Assembly (NCBI GenBank): GCA_963663805.2
Contig: CAXXMR010000019.1
Coordinates: 96,001 to 160,000, forward strand
Length of the DNA stretch: 64,000 bases
From: Sedimentisphaerales bacterium
GTDB taxonomy: Bacteria; Planctomycetota; Phycisphaerae; Sedimentisphaerales; SM23-30
Direction: 5' to 3'
Position numbers and translations under genes: made by a program. The notes beneath the pieces were generated by a model. It did not search any database. It was not told the origin of the DNA and saw nothing but the letters and a program-made list of their open reading frames with translations. Below are positions 40,388 to 51,586 of the stretch, piece after piece. Every line of letters begins with the position of its first letter. The stretch's first letter is position 1.

Positions 40388-42522
40388 TCGGTGACATCAA
40401 CCATAATGTCTGAGTTGACATCCTGCTCGACATAACCCGGCAGTCCGGCAGAGTTCTTGCCCTCGCTGCAGGGGATACTCAAATTGAATTCCGAACCCTG
40501 GTTCAGCACACTATTCAGCCTTATCGAACCGCCCAGAAAATCTACCAGCTGCCGCGTAATCGCCAACCCCAAACCCGTCCCGCCAAAGCGACGTGTAGTG
40601 CTGGTGTCGGCCTGAGAAAACGGAGCGAAAATTTCTTCCTGTTTGTCGGTCGCGATTCCTATCCCGGAATCTGCCACTACAAACTCCAGCCAGGTATCAT
40701 CGTCATCTTCATAGAAATTTACGCTCAGCTTCACAAAGCCACGCTCGGTGAATTTGATTGCGTTATTAAGCAGATTAAGCAAACACTGGCGCAGCCTTAT
40801 CGGGTCGCTGTGAATGGTGCCGGGCAGGGCGGATTTATGAATCACCTTAAACTCCAACCCCTTATCCTCTGCCATTGGCTGCATCAACGTGACCACACTG
40901 TTTATTATTTCTCCGGGGCAAAATTCTATCATCTCGATTTTCATTTTTCCCGCTTCGATCTTGGAAATATCCAGAATGTCATTGATAATCGCCAAAAGAT
41001 TCTGGCCTGCCTCGCTTATCATCTCGACATATTTGAGTTGTGATTCATCCAGTTTTTCCTGACTCAGGACATGGCTGAAACCGAGTATCGCGTTCATGGG
41101 CGTACGGATTTCATGACTCATATTCGCCAGAAAATCGCTCTTGGCACGATTGGCATTCATCGCTTCCTGGGCCAGGAGATTAGCTTTTTCCACTGAAGCT
41201 GCCAGACTGCGATTCGTTTCTTCAATACGCTTATTAGCCTGAAGCAGACGTTCTTCGTTATGGTTACGCTGGTCAACCATTAGATTCGCCGATTCAGCCA
41301 GGTTATCGAAGTCGGTATAAGGCAGCTCAGTCGGGTCGATCTTGGCCGACTCCCGTGCCGCCCGATGGAAGAAATGGCTGAACATATTAATAGCTTTACA
41401 AATGCGATTGCTCATACTGAGAGCGGCGTATAATACAAAGAGCGTTATGCCGATAAATATCAGCACAATCTGAAATATACCCGCGTTGACTTGCTTTTCA
41501 AGCTCAACCCGCTTACCCGCAATCGCGGCCTCCAGAGCGTCAACATAAACCCCCGCACAAACCATCCAGCCCCACGCTTCAAAACCGCGGACAAATGACA
41601 GCTTCTGACTTACCGAGCTCAAATGTGGTCTTTGCCAGGCATACGTGATAAAACTCCCCGCCGGATTATTAACTGCCCGCCGCATTTCCTGAGTGATTTT
41701 TACGCCGTTGACATCCTCAAGGGCCCATAAGTTCTGGCCCACTAGTTCCGGCTGAGCGCCATGTGCCAAAAGCAGGCCTTCATAATTTGCCAGAAATATA
41801 TAACCTTCTTCGCCAAAATTAATTTCGGATACCCAATTCAAGATTTCTGTCTGGATGTCCGACTGAACATCGTCAACATATTCGCCTGTGCCCACAAACC
41901 AGTCGAATGGTTCAAAGTATTTCACAAACGCGATTTTCAGAAAATGCGCCCCGTGAGAGTTTGGTTTGGTCCAGCGATATTCATAAAAATCCTCACCCTT
42001 CGTTGTTACAATTTCTATCATGTCCTGGATTACAAGTTTACCTTCCGGGTCCTTCATGTTGATAAGGTTCTTGCCTTCCAGTTCCGGCTTGTCAGCGAAC
42101 AACTGTTCTACCCCGTCACTCCGCCCGGCGAAATAATATCCCCTTCCGTTATTGAAACGAATCGGGCGCAAGGCGTCTTTGACCATTTTTTCCATTTCCG
42201 CCCGGTCGTGACGACTATGATGTTCCTTATAGATATTCTCCGCAATTGCACAAGCCTCATAAACCCGCTGACGAATATTATCGCGTAAACGGCTTTCTGT
42301 CAGAGACTTCATATAGTCCATATAATCGATTACATTATTCACCTGTTCCTGAACCACGGCTTTTTGAGAATCGATATATTCTGACCGCATCTTTTCAGTC
42401 TCGCGGTCGAAACGCTCGTACTCAGAAGATATCCAGAAATACTGCACCAGCCCCAGCGCCAGCAGGCCCATGACAATCATGTTTAATAGCAAACTATTGC
42501 TGATACTGATTTTTTTTGCCAT
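40384..42522 (-). CDS. membrane sensor histidine kinase with tandem single-Cache domains
   Basis: Two TMs around two Cache-like units (GYYFA..YRWTKP; GYIF..YAWQRP); FLANMSHEIRTPMN, NLLNNAIKFT, DSGIGI, GGTGLGL. No receiver domain. Confidence 0.92.
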   Translation of the reverse strand: MAKKISISNSLLLNMIVMGLLALGLVQYFWISSEYERFDRETEKMRSEYIDSQKAVVQEQVNNVIDYMDYMKSLTESRLRDNIRQRVYEACAIAENIYKEHHSRHDRAEMEKMVKDALRPIRFNNGRGYYFAGRSDGVEQLFADKPELEGKNLINMKDPEGKLVIQDMIEIVTTKGEDFYEYRWTKPNSHGAHFLKIAFVKYFEPFDWFVGTGEYVDDVQSDIQTEILNWVSEINFGEEGYIFLANYEGLLLAHGAQPELVGQNLWALEDVNGVKITQEMRRAVNNPAGSFITYAWQRPHLSSVSQKLSFVRGFEAWGWMVCAGVYVDALEAAIAGKRVELEKQVNAGIFQIVLIFIGITLFVLYAALSMSNRICKAINMFSHFFHRAARESAKIDPTELPYTDFDNLAESANLMVDQRNHNEERLLQANKRIEETNRSLAASVEKANLLAQEAMNANRAKSDFLANMSHEIRTPMNAILGFSHVLSQEKLDESQLKYVEMISEAGQNLLAIINDILDISKIEAGKMKIEMIEFCPGEIINSVVTLMQPMAEDKGLEFKVIHKSALPGTIHSDPIRLRQCLLNLLNNAIKFTERGFVKLSVNFYEDDDDTWLEFVVADSGIGIATDKQEEIFAPFSQADTSTTRRFGGTGLGLAITRQLVDFLGGSIRLNSVLNQGSEFNLSIPCSEGKNSAGLPGYVEQDVNSDIMVDVTD

Positions 42523-42871
42523 TATTTTGTCTCAGCCGCGTCTAAAATCCAATTAACTGGAAATCCCATAACTCTCAATATCTATCGACCCTCAGGGCAC
42601 TTTGGTTAATCAATACTTGATAAACCCCTTATTTAACAATGTTAATAGTGTTAATAATCCCGCTGTTACTGATTATCGCACCTATCGTGCAAAGGAGTTT
42701 TCGGACCCTGATTCAAGAGCGAGATAATATGGATAACTAATTGACAGTAAAGCCAGTTAGGGACAAATCGCCTGAAAAATATCTATATATGATTATTTGC
42801 TGGTCCCCCAGCCTTCTCCGGCTTATACTCACGTGTTGATAGTTACATGGTTTCTTAACGAGGATACCGCT

Positions 42872-45800
42872 TTGCTCAGATACCTTTTAAAATCAAAATG
42901 TGGTCTTGTTCTGCTGCCGATAACCGTCATGATGCTCGCCTCCGGTTGTGGACCTTCTGACTCCCGCCGGCAATTTAGGCTGGCCCACCAGTTTGACCCT
43001 AATCTTACCGAAGACCAGATTCAGCGCATGTGCCTTCCCCTGACCGATGTTCGGCTTCAGGGGCCTAACGACCTGATAATGAACCCCCTGCCCCGGACCG
43101 AATGTGATGTTGAAGCGGGCAAAAAATATCTCAGCGGCCGCTGGCTCATGCGTCATAATGAAACCAAACCCGCGGTATTGACCCTCAAGGCCGCTCTGGA
43201 TAAAGACCCTGATAACGCTTTACTCTGGGAACTGCTGGCTCAGGGGTATTTTGGGGCTGGATATGAAAAAGGCGCGGTCGAAGCCGCCCGCCGGGCGATA
43301 GAACTGGACCAGTATCGCATGACCGCGTTTCAGGTACTGGGTAGTGTCAAGGCTGGCGCGGGAGATTTTCAGGCCGCCGCGTTTTACTTTCAGCAGGCCC
43401 TGAACTGTCCGCAGGCAACTACTGATAATCCTGTAACGCCGGTCATCAATCTCCAGTTTGCTCAGGCGCTCACCAAACTTGGCTACCTCAAGGCCGCGGT
43501 GGAACAATATCACCTGACCCATCAGGGACTGCTCGAACAATTACAGTATGGCCAGACTAACCCTCTCTCATCCCAACTGGTCTCCCAGGCTCACCGGCCG
43601 GTATTGATGCAGGCGGACCTGCTTATCTGTCTGGGCCAAATGGACCAGGCTGTCAAAACACTCGAAAAAGCTCAGGAAGAACTTCAGACCAACACCGACC
43701 TGGTCAATGTCCTGCTCATGGTTATCGCTTCGGGCGAACGTCCTCTTGAGGTCCGTACCCGACAGGTCGAAACCTTTGCTGAATATCTGCTCGACCAGGA
43801 CAGGCAGGCTGAAGATGTTATCGAATATTGCTATCAGGCTTACCGAGCCTTGCAGAAAACCCGACAATTTTTCGTTCTTATCGATAAATGGACCGGCAAA
43901 CTGATAACCGTTCGCCAGGCTGCCTTTGCTCTGTCAATCAGCGAGCGAGTCGATGATGCCCAAACCATTCTCCAAAGCCTTGTCGATACCGGCAGCGAGG
44001 ACCCGCTCGTCTTCCGCGATCTGGCCCGCATCTACGCCCACAAAAAAGATTCCCGTCCCATGATTCTTGCCTACGGGGAATATATCAGCCGTGCCCCCGA
44101 CAGCAATACTCAAGCTGTAATTGATACCGTACTGCGAATATGCAAAGATATTGAATCGCTAAGTGAAAAAATTCCCGATTGGGCTGATGATTTCCTGAAC
44201 AACACAAATTATGCCCAATGCTTTCTGCTGGCCCAGGTCGCCGACCAGAAAGAAATGCCCGACTTCGCTGAGAATCTGCTCCGAAGCTGTCTGAAAAAAA
44301 ATCCCGAGTTCGCACCCGCCCGCAAAGAGCTTGTCGAACTCCTGCTCCGCCGCCAAAGCTACCAGCAGGTTCTGAACTGGATAAAGGGTAACGGTTCCGA
44401 AACCGACCCCGAAATGCTCTGGTATGCCGGACATGCCTATGCCGGACTGGAAGATTTGACCAAGGCTGCTCAGACTTATCGCAAAGTCATCTCGCTTCAG
44501 CAGGATGAAGTCCGGGCCTATCTTGCTCTGGGCGAAATACTCGCCCGCCAGAGTAATTTCGCCGATGCCGAAGATATTCTCATCCGCGCTTCAGCCAACT
44601 GGCCCAACGAAGACCAGGGCTACGCCCAGCTAACTCAGCTTTACGCCCGCTGGGCGGCACAGGATGGTTTGGATGAGTCCTTTGCCGAAACCATCAGCCA
44701 GAGGGCCTGGGAGATGTACCGCCGCTGGTTTGAAGATGCCACTGAAGACCAGTTCAACCAACGCCGACTCGAAGCCCTGTCCGCTTTTGAAAAGCTCGCT
44801 CAGGAATATCCCCGCGGCAAAGTCATCAATATTATCCTCAGTCAGTTTTACGCCGCCCTTAATCGTAATGATGATGCCCTCGCCGTCATTGAAAAACTCG
44901 CCGAACATTACCCCGAAGAGCGACAGGTTCTCAGTGTGGCTGCCCGGCTCAATACCCGTGCTGACAATTTCACCCGCGCCGCCGAACTCCGCCGCCAAAG
45001 CTGGGAAACCGACCCCAACGATACCATCGGATTAGCTGTTACATTACGAGCTTACCAAAAGGCCGAGAACACCGATACCGCCTATCAAATTCTCGACGAT
45101 TTTCTCCAGAATCACAAATATAACTGGAAGGACATTGGCCGAATCCAAAACCAGACTCGCTGGATTTTCATGGTCAACCGTCAGTATGAAACTGCCGTGG
45201 ATTTGTTTGGCTCCTGGCTCTGGAAAATCTCTGATACCGCGGCTGATACCGAAAAAGACCAGAAACTCCTCGATAATGTCCGCCGGGCACTCTACGAAAA
45301 TCTTGTCTGGTCACTAACCCAGTCCCGCCAGTTCAAACGTGCTGCGATTTACACTATCGACTGGTTCAACCGCTATAAACCCGAAGAAGCAGCCCTGGCC
45401 CACTGGCTCATCAACAGCATAAACATCTGGCAGCACCACGACCTCAGCCTAAATCTTATCGACCAGTTACTCATCCTCGACCCGCAGAGAATCAGCTTCA
45501 CCGTTGAAAAATTTATCACTCTCATTGACGCCGACCGCACCGATGAAGGCCTCGAGCTTGCCCAAAAATGGGTCGATGAGGAACCCGAAGACCTGCGCCG
45601 TCAGCAAGCCTATGTTTTACTGCTGCGCGGCGCGGATAAATTTGCCCCGGCCGCTCAATATCTAAGACAACTGTTCCAGATAAACCCCGGCAATGAAAGT
45701 ATCCGAATGCAGCTGGCTGAAATGCTCCTGCTGGCCGAAGATTACCCTGCTGCCCAGGAAGTACTCGATAAGTGGAACCCCACTGAGCAATTCGGCGGCA

Positions 45801-46528
45801 TGAAAATTGACGCCCTCATTCGGTTGGCCACCGCCCGCGGTGACTGCTCCGCCGCCGTGGCCCTGCTCGACAAAATGCTCGGCAAACTCGACAGCGAAAT
45901 CATCAATGAATGGCGTGAACAGCTCTGGTTCAATTGTGGCCAAGTCAATCAGGCACTCGAACTCCGCCTGGAAAAATTCCAGAGCCATACCGAACCGGAA
46001 GACCAGAAAAATGACCTGCTCCGACTTAGCGTTTACTATGAAAAACTCGGCCAAATCGACAAATCCATCGAATCCCTGGAAAAACTTCTGGCTTTCGATG
46101 AAAACGACCCCGGCGTCATGAACAATCTGGGCTATACCCTCACCGTCGCAGGCCAACAAACCGACCGGGCCCAGGAGTTGCTCGAACGCTCACTCCGACT
46201 CGACCCCGAATCCGGGCCGACACTTGATAGTCTCGGCTGGTTACGGTATAAATGTGGTGATTTTGAACAGGCCCTGGTTTATATTCGCCAGGCCGCCGCC
46301 CGACTGGGGTCGGTCGATGCCGAAATACTCGACCATCTCGGCGACGTGCTGTACCGCCTGGGACAGGTTCCGCAGGCCCAAAAATGCTACCAGAGGGCCC
46401 GGCAGGATCTGATTACCAGAACCAAAACCGAAAAATACCTCGGCGAAGACCTGGACAGAATCGAGAGAAAATTGACACAACTAGAACAAAATCAAGAAGT
46501 TACCACTGCGGAACTTTTTGCGAAGTGA
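42872..46528 (+). CDS. large TPR-repeat lipoprotein
   Basis: LASGC lipobox, many TPR-like helices, C-terminal MNNLGY..LDSLGWL..ILDHLGDV. The start codon is uncertain. Confidence 0.85.
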   Translation: MLRYLLKSKCGLVLLPITVMMLASGCGPSDSRRQFRLAHQFDPNLTEDQIQRMCLPLTDVRLQGPNDLIMNPLPRTECDVEAGKKYLSGRWLMRHNETKPAVLTLKAALDKDPDNALLWELLAQGYFGAGYEKGAVEAARRAIELDQYRMTAFQVLGSVKAGAGDFQAAAFYFQQALNCPQATTDNPVTPVINLQFAQALTKLGYLKAAVEQYHLTHQGLLEQLQYGQTNPLSSQLVSQAHRPVLMQADLLICLGQMDQAVKTLEKAQEELQTNTDLVNVLLMVIASGERPLEVRTRQVETFAEYLLDQDRQAEDVIEYCYQAYRALQKTRQFFVLIDKWTGKLITVRQAAFALSISERVDDAQTILQSLVDTGSEDPLVFRDLARIYAHKKDSRPMILAYGEYISRAPDSNTQAVIDTVLRICKDIESLSEKIPDWADDFLNNTNYAQCFLLAQVADQKEMPDFAENLLRSCLKKNPEFAPARKELVELLLRRQSYQQVLNWIKGNGSETDPEMLWYAGHAYAGLEDLTKAAQTYRKVISLQQDEVRAYLALGEILARQSNFADAEDILIRASANWPNEDQGYAQLTQLYARWAAQDGLDESFAETISQRAWEMYRRWFEDATEDQFNQRRLEALSAFEKLAQEYPRGKVINIILSQFYAALNRNDDALAVIEKLAEHYPEERQVLSVAARLNTRADNFTRAAELRRQSWETDPNDTIGLAVTLRAYQKAENTDTAYQILDDFLQNHKYNWKDIGRIQNQTRWIFMVNRQYETAVDLFGSWLWKISDTAADTEKDQKLLDNVRRALYENLVWSLTQSRQFKRAAIYTIDWFNRYKPEEAALAHWLINSINIWQHHDLSLNLIDQLLILDPQRISFTVEKFITLIDADRTDEGLELAQKWVDEEPEDLRRQQAYVLLLRGADKFAPAAQYLRQLFQINPGNESIRMQLAEMLLLAEDYPAAQEVLDKWNPTEQFGGMKIDALIRLATARGDCSAAVALLDKMLGKLDSEIINEWREQLWFNCGQVNQALELRLEKFQSHTEPEDQKNDLLRLSVYYEKLGQIDKSIESLEKLLAFDENDPGVMNNLGYTLTVAGQQTDRAQELLERSLRLDPESGPTLDSLGWLRYKCGDFEQALVYIRQAAARLGSVDAEILDHLGDVLYRLGQVPQAQKCYQRARQDLITRTKTEKYLGEDLDRIERKLTQLEQNQEVTTAELFAK

Positions 46529-46545
46529 AACTTTTGGAGTAATAT

Positions 46546-47295
46546 ATGGCAGGACATTCCCATTGGGCCGGCATTAAGCACAAAAAAGCCGCCATCGACA
46601 AAAAACGTGGCAAACTCTGGTCGAAACTTGCTCGCAATATCATTATGGCAGCTAAAGACGGAGGCGGCGACCCCGCGGCCAATCTGTCGCTCCGATACGC
46701 CATCGACAAGGGCAAAGAGGCCAATATGCCCAAGGACACCATCGAAAAAGCCATCAAACGCGGTACCGGCGAGCTGGATGGTGCCAATTATGAGGAAGTT
46801 CTCTACGAAGGCTATGGCACTAACGGCATCGCTATCATGTGCGAAGTACTGACCGACAACCGCAACCGAACCGCCTCCGAACTACGCAAAATTTTCGATT
46901 CCCGCGGCGGGGCACTCGGTGCCACCGGATGTGTTGCCTGGATTTTCACCAAAAAAGGTCTGTTTACCGTCAAGGCCGACACTACCACCGAAGATGCCCT
47001 TATGGAAATCGCCCTCGAAGCCGGTGCCGAAGATGTTCAGGAAGCCGGAGATATGTTTGAAATCACCTGTAGTGCCGAAGCCTTCACCGCCGTCCGCGAA
47101 GCACTCGAAGCTCAGGGCGTTAAAACTGAAGTCGCTGAACTCTCCCAGATCCCTTCCAACACCATCCAGGTTGAAGATGAAGAAGCCGCCCGAAAAGTAC
47201 TGGCACTCATGGAAGCTATCGAAGACCAGGACGACGTACAGGAAGTCTACGCCAATTTCGACATCCCCGATGAAGTTGCCGCTAAACTGGAATAA
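46546..47295 (+). CDS. yebC: YebC/PmpR family protein
   Basis: MAGHSHWAGIKHKK, ANMPKD, YEGYG, TDNRNRT, DDVQEVYAN. Confidence 0.96.
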   Translation: MAGHSHWAGIKHKKAAIDKKRGKLWSKLARNIIMAAKDGGGDPAANLSLRYAIDKGKEANMPKDTIEKAIKRGTGELDGANYEEVLYEGYGTNGIAIMCEVLTDNRNRTASELRKIFDSRGGALGATGCVAWIFTKKGLFTVKADTTTEDALMEIALEAGAEDVQEAGDMFEITCSAEAFTAVREALEAQGVKTEVAELSQIPSNTIQVEDEEAARKVLALMEAIEDQDDVQEVYANFDIPDEVAAKLE

Positions 47296-47394
47296 CGAAA
47301 GACCCTCACGGTAAATTTGGGGTGGCAGCTTCTTGCCTGGCAAGGGGCGGGCCTTGATTTTAATAAAAACCGGATGCGAAAGGACCGGACATTC

Positions 47395-47769
47395 ATGGAA
47401 GAATTCCGACACTTCAGCCTCGTCAGACCTGAATACCTTAACCATTACGGTTGTGTGTTTGGCGGACACCTGCTCCAGATTATCGACGAAATCGCTTTTA
47501 TCACTTGTACCCGAACCTTCCCCGGCCATAACTTCGTCACTCGTGCCCTCCAGAACGTCGAGTTTCACGCACCGGGTCATCTCGGCGACATCCTCGAAAC
47601 CGTCTCGACCGTCGAATCAGTCGGCAATACCAGTTGTCGTGTCCGTGTGCAGACCTATTTCTGCGATTCGTCCAGCCAGAAAAGACAGATGAGTTTTGAC
47701 GGCACTGTCGTTATGGTAAACATCGACCAGACCGGAACGGCCGCACCTATCAAACACTCAAAAGAATAG
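47395..47769 (+). CDS. hotdog-fold acyl-CoA thioesterase
   Basis: LVRPEYLNHYGCVFGGHLLQIIDE, FVT, VEF, GNTS. Confidence 0.88.
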   Translation: MEEFRHFSLVRPEYLNHYGCVFGGHLLQIIDEIAFITCTRTFPGHNFVTRALQNVEFHAPGHLGDILETVSTVESVGNTSCRVRVQTYFCDSSSQKRQMSFDGTVVMVNIDQTGTAAPIKHSKE

Positions 47770-47779
47770 TCAGAATGTC

Positions 47780-48583
47780 ATGATTAAAACCTGCTCTCTC
47801 CAAAGCGGCTCCAACGGAAACTGCATTTACGTCGAAACCCCCGACACCAAACTGCTCTTCGATGCCGGCATTAGCGGCAAAATCGCCCAGCAACGACTCG
47901 CCGAACACGATCGCAACATCAACGACATTGATGCCCTAATCATCAGCCACGACCACAGCGACCATACCAAAGCCGCCGGAGTTTTCCACCGCAAATTCAA
48001 ACTGCCTATCCACATCACCCCCGGCTCCTGGAATCATTGCCGCGGTAGACAGGGCCAGGTCAAACGCGTACATTTTTTCCACCCCGGTGCCGACATAACC
48101 TTCAACGCCACCACCGTAAAAACCATTCCTACCGCCCACGACGGAAAAGATGGAGTCGCCTTCGTCATTCAGTATGAAAACACCCAACTCGGCATCTTCA
48201 CCGACCTGGGCCATCCCTTCGACGGGCTCGGCGAACACATCGCCCAACTAGATGCACTCTACCTTGAATTCAACTACGACCCCCAAATGCTTGAAAACGG
48301 CGATTACCCCCTCTGGCTCAAAAGACGTATTAGCGGCAGCGGCGGCCATCTTTCCAATGCCGAAGCCGCCCAGCTCATCCGCCAAAACGCACCCGAACTA
48401 AAAACCTTGATTCTTTCTCACCTCAGCGAACATAATAACCACCCTGATCTTGCTCTTAAAAGTGCTCGCCAGGCCCTGGGCTATTCACTCGATATTCAGC
48501 TCGCCCCTCGATATAACGTCAGCAAACTTTTTGACCTTGCCCCGACCCAATTAAATGTCCCTAATATGGCCGCCGTGGTCTAG
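47780..48583 (+). CDS. MBL-fold metallo-hydrolase (YycJ/WalJ-like)
   Basis: SGSNGN, DAGIS, ISHDHSDH, TDLG, GHLSN, HLSEHNN. Confidence 0.9.
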   Translation: MIKTCSLQSGSNGNCIYVETPDTKLLFDAGISGKIAQQRLAEHDRNINDIDALIISHDHSDHTKAAGVFHRKFKLPIHITPGSWNHCRGRQGQVKRVHFFHPGADITFNATTVKTIPTAHDGKDGVAFVIQYENTQLGIFTDLGHPFDGLGEHIAQLDALYLEFNYDPQMLENGDYPLWLKRRISGSGGHLSNAEAAQLIRQNAPELKTLILSHLSEHNNHPDLALKSARQALGYSLDIQLAPRYNVSKLFDLAPTQLNVPNMAAVV

Positions 48584-48622
48584 CGTTTCTTCCGCTCCGA
48601 ATTTGTCGCAAAGGATTTCACC

Positions 48623-50593
48623 TTGTCACTGGTAACTTTCAAAAATCTCACCAAAGACTACCCCAGCCAGTCTGTTCTCAAAGACATTAACTGTGACATC
48701 AACCCTGGCCAGAAAATCGGGCTCATCGGCCCTAACGGCTGCGGCAAAACAACGCTCCTGCGTATTCTCACCGGCAGTGAAACACCCACCACCGGAACCG
48801 TAACTATCGGTCCCGATGTTCGCATCGGCTATGTCCCCCAGCATGTCGAATTCGCCGAACACGAAACCGTCTGGGACTTTATCATCGAAGATCATCGCCG
48901 CCGCACCGACCAGCTTAGATGTATGGAACAAGCCGTCGCCGATGCCGCCGAACACGAAATGGACAAACTTCTGGCCCGCTACCAGCAGGCCCGTGACGAA
49001 TACGACCATCTGGCCGGTGACCATTTCGAGCCACGCGCCCGGGCCATGGTAGATGCCCTCGGACTGGCCGGTCGACTCGAACAGCAGGTATGTCAGCTTT
49101 CCGGCGGTGAACAAAACGTGCTCGCCATGACCCAGGCCCTGCTCGCTGAACCAAATCTGCTCATCCTTGATGAGCCCGGCAACCACCTCGACTATCTCGG
49201 CCTGGCCTGGCTTGAGGAGTTCCTCAGTAAATTTCGCCACGCCGTGCTAATAGTTTCCCACAATCGTTATCTGCTTGACCGCGTAACCGACCACATCTTC
49301 GAAATCGACAAAGGTGCCATCAGCGTCTATCCCGGCAATTATTCTGACTATTGCAAAATCCGCGACGAAAAAATCCAGGCCCAGCAGTCTCAATACGAAC
49401 AGGACCAGAAACAAATCGCCCACCTGACCGCACTCGTCCAGAAATTCGCCGACATCGCTCAGGGGCACGCCTCCGACCAGAGCTGGGGCAAAAGACTCCG
49501 GGCCCGCCGCAGTTCCCTGGAACGGGCCCGTGCCAACGCCACTGAAAAACCTGATGCGCAGCGTCGTGAAGTTGCTGCCTCATTCCAGGCTGAAAAAACT
49601 CGAGCTGATCTCGCCCTGCGTATCACCAACTATAGCAAATCGTTCGATAAACTTGAACTGTTCAAAAATCTTAACTGGGACATCAACGGCTCCGACCGCT
49701 GGGCCCTCATTGGTCCCAACGGTTCCGGCAAGACCACGCTCCTCAAAGACATCGTTCGGCACGGCTCCTGGCAAAGCCAGACCATCCGCCTCGGTCCCAG
49801 TTTCACCCTCGGCTATTGCGCCCAGCAGCAGGAGTCGCTCGATTCCGACAATACCGTCTACGAAGAACTGCTCGATATTCCCGGCACCACCAATAATTCC
49901 GTACTCAGCATCCTGGCCCGTTTCTTATTCCGGGACGAAGAAGTTCACAAACGCATCCGCGACCTTTCCGGCGGCGAAAGAAACCGACTCCAGCTGGCCA
50001 AGCTAATGCTCGAAAAACCCAACTTCCTCATTCTTGACGAGCCCACGAACCATCTTGATATTGCCACTCGCGAAGCCGTAGAAAAAGCCCTCAAAGATTT
50101 CCCCGGTACTATCCTCGTTATTTCCCACGACCGTTACTTTCTTGACAAGATAGTTGATCATGTTGCTGAGGTGAGCGAAAAAACTCTGCGTTTCTATAGC
50201 GGCAACTTTACCACTTTCTGGCAGTCTCGTCTCCAGAATCGCGAAATCTCAACAGAACACGTTACCGGCCGAATCGTCAGTCGGGCCCGCGATCGGGCCG
50301 CGGATAAAAAGCAAAAAGAAAACTCCGGCGGACAAGCCTGGAAAGACCGCAAGGCCCAGGCCGCGCAATTACGCAAAGCCCAGCGCCAGGTGGAAATCAT
50401 CGAAGATAAAATCACCGAGGCCGAAGAACAAAAAATCGAACTCGAACAGAAAATCGCTCACGCCTATACCCAGGGTGACAACGACCTGGGCCAGACGCTC
50501 TCTCGAAAACTCGAAACCACTCTCAAAAATATCACCAGCCTCTACGAACAATGGGAAATCGCCCATCAGGAACTGGAAAACCTAAACTCCTGA
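48623..50593 (+). CDS. ABC-F family ribosome-associated ATPase
   Basis: Two NBDs (GPNGCGKT/LSGGE/LDEP and GPNGSGKT/LSGGE/LDEPTNHLD), no TM segments, C-terminal coiled coil. Confidence 0.95.
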   Translation: MSLVTFKNLTKDYPSQSVLKDINCDINPGQKIGLIGPNGCGKTTLLRILTGSETPTTGTVTIGPDVRIGYVPQHVEFAEHETVWDFIIEDHRRRTDQLRCMEQAVADAAEHEMDKLLARYQQARDEYDHLAGDHFEPRARAMVDALGLAGRLEQQVCQLSGGEQNVLAMTQALLAEPNLLILDEPGNHLDYLGLAWLEEFLSKFRHAVLIVSHNRYLLDRVTDHIFEIDKGAISVYPGNYSDYCKIRDEKIQAQQSQYEQDQKQIAHLTALVQKFADIAQGHASDQSWGKRLRARRSSLERARANATEKPDAQRREVAASFQAEKTRADLALRITNYSKSFDKLELFKNLNWDINGSDRWALIGPNGSGKTTLLKDIVRHGSWQSQTIRLGPSFTLGYCAQQQESLDSDNTVYEELLDIPGTTNNSVLSILARFLFRDEEVHKRIRDLSGGERNRLQLAKLMLEKPNFLILDEPTNHLDIATREAVEKALKDFPGTILVISHDRYFLDKIVDHVAEVSEKTLRFYSGNFTTFWQSRLQNREISTEHVTGRIVSRARDRAADKKQKENSGGQAWKDRKAQAAQLRKAQRQVEIIEDKITEAEEQKIELEQKIAHAYTQGDNDLGQTLSRKLETTLKNITSLYEQWEIAHQELENLNS

Positions 50594-50696
50594 ACCGAAA
50601 TGAAACCGCAGATACGAAGATTAACGCGGATTTTTCATCTGAGCTATCAGCGATTAAAAAAACGTAACGCACATCTGCTCTGAAACCCGGTCAGTA

Positions 50697-51029
50697 TCAA
50701 TGCGTATATTCTAAAATCTTAATATCGGGCCCCACTTTTTTGATAATAGCGTCCCGCATATTGGCATAATGTGGGCAGGGATAGCCGATGGGGTTTCCTT
50801 TTGAAATACACGAAGCAAAAACGATAATTTCTGCTCCTCTGTCAACCATCATTTTTGCTCGGACTATCGCTCTTTTGCCCGGACAGCCGCCACAGGAGAC
50901 AAAGCCGACAACTTCGACCGGCCCTGTTGTTTCAAATGCGAGCTTGCCTTCTTTGGCAACCTTAAAATCGGTATTACCGGGACACATATCCTCGGTTTGC
51001 TGACAACGAATAATTCCAACTTTTTTCAT
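50697..51029 (-). CDS. CGGC domain protein
   Basis: KVGIIRC..CPG..GFVSCGGCPG..ASC..CPH..YTH. Confidence 0.9.
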   Translation of the reverse strand: MKKVGIIRCQQTEDMCPGNTDFKVAKEGKLAFETTGPVEVVGFVSCGGCPGKRAIVRAKMMVDRGAEIIVFASCISKGNPIGYPCPHYANMRDAIIKKVGPDIKILEYTH

Positions 51030-51184
51030 CTATCATTCTCCTGACCGACTCAAACTCTCGAAACCCAAATCCTGACGCAGAATCGAGTATGAGGATAAGT
51101 ATGGTAAAAAAACGAGGATTGACAAGAAAATATTTCCCAGGTCGTTTTTCTGAACTGGCAACCAAACCCAAACCGCTCAGCAAA

Positions 51185-51472
51185 TTAAATACCAGCCTGA
51201 TACGACACTGGCTGGCCTCCAGACTGGCGATGTATTTTTTAGCCGACCAGACCACGCGGCTCCGGGGGGAAAAATCCGAAGACCACTCTGGAACAGGTCG
51301 CCGATGCGGCCAATATGCTGGCCTGGAAGCTATGGAAGTTGTATCCCATTCCTGGAAATACAAAGTGTATGTGTGTCAATACCATCAGGAATGTAATCAA
51401 ACCTCCTATGCCAGCCGAAGAAAAACGGCGAAAGCGAAAAGTGTCGAATTCTTATAGCGCTGTCACACTAAA
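51185..51472 (+). mobile_element. 3' remnant of an IS701-family transposase and probable right end
   Basis: LIRHWLASRLAMYFLADQTTRLRGEK with a GGGGGAAAAA slip into the TLEQVADAAN..YHQ..N..SY..R frame resembles IS701 C-termini; ends at TAGCGCTGTCACACTAA. No catalytic DDE region is present. Confidence 0.6.
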
Positions 51473-51586
51473 GTTATACTCTCACGCCTGCCCATAACGA
51501 AAAGATAACAGAACTGCCAGAAATATCAATTAAAAAATGTACCTGACAACCTCTTATGTAACATAATTCGTCCCGGAGCATCTCCT

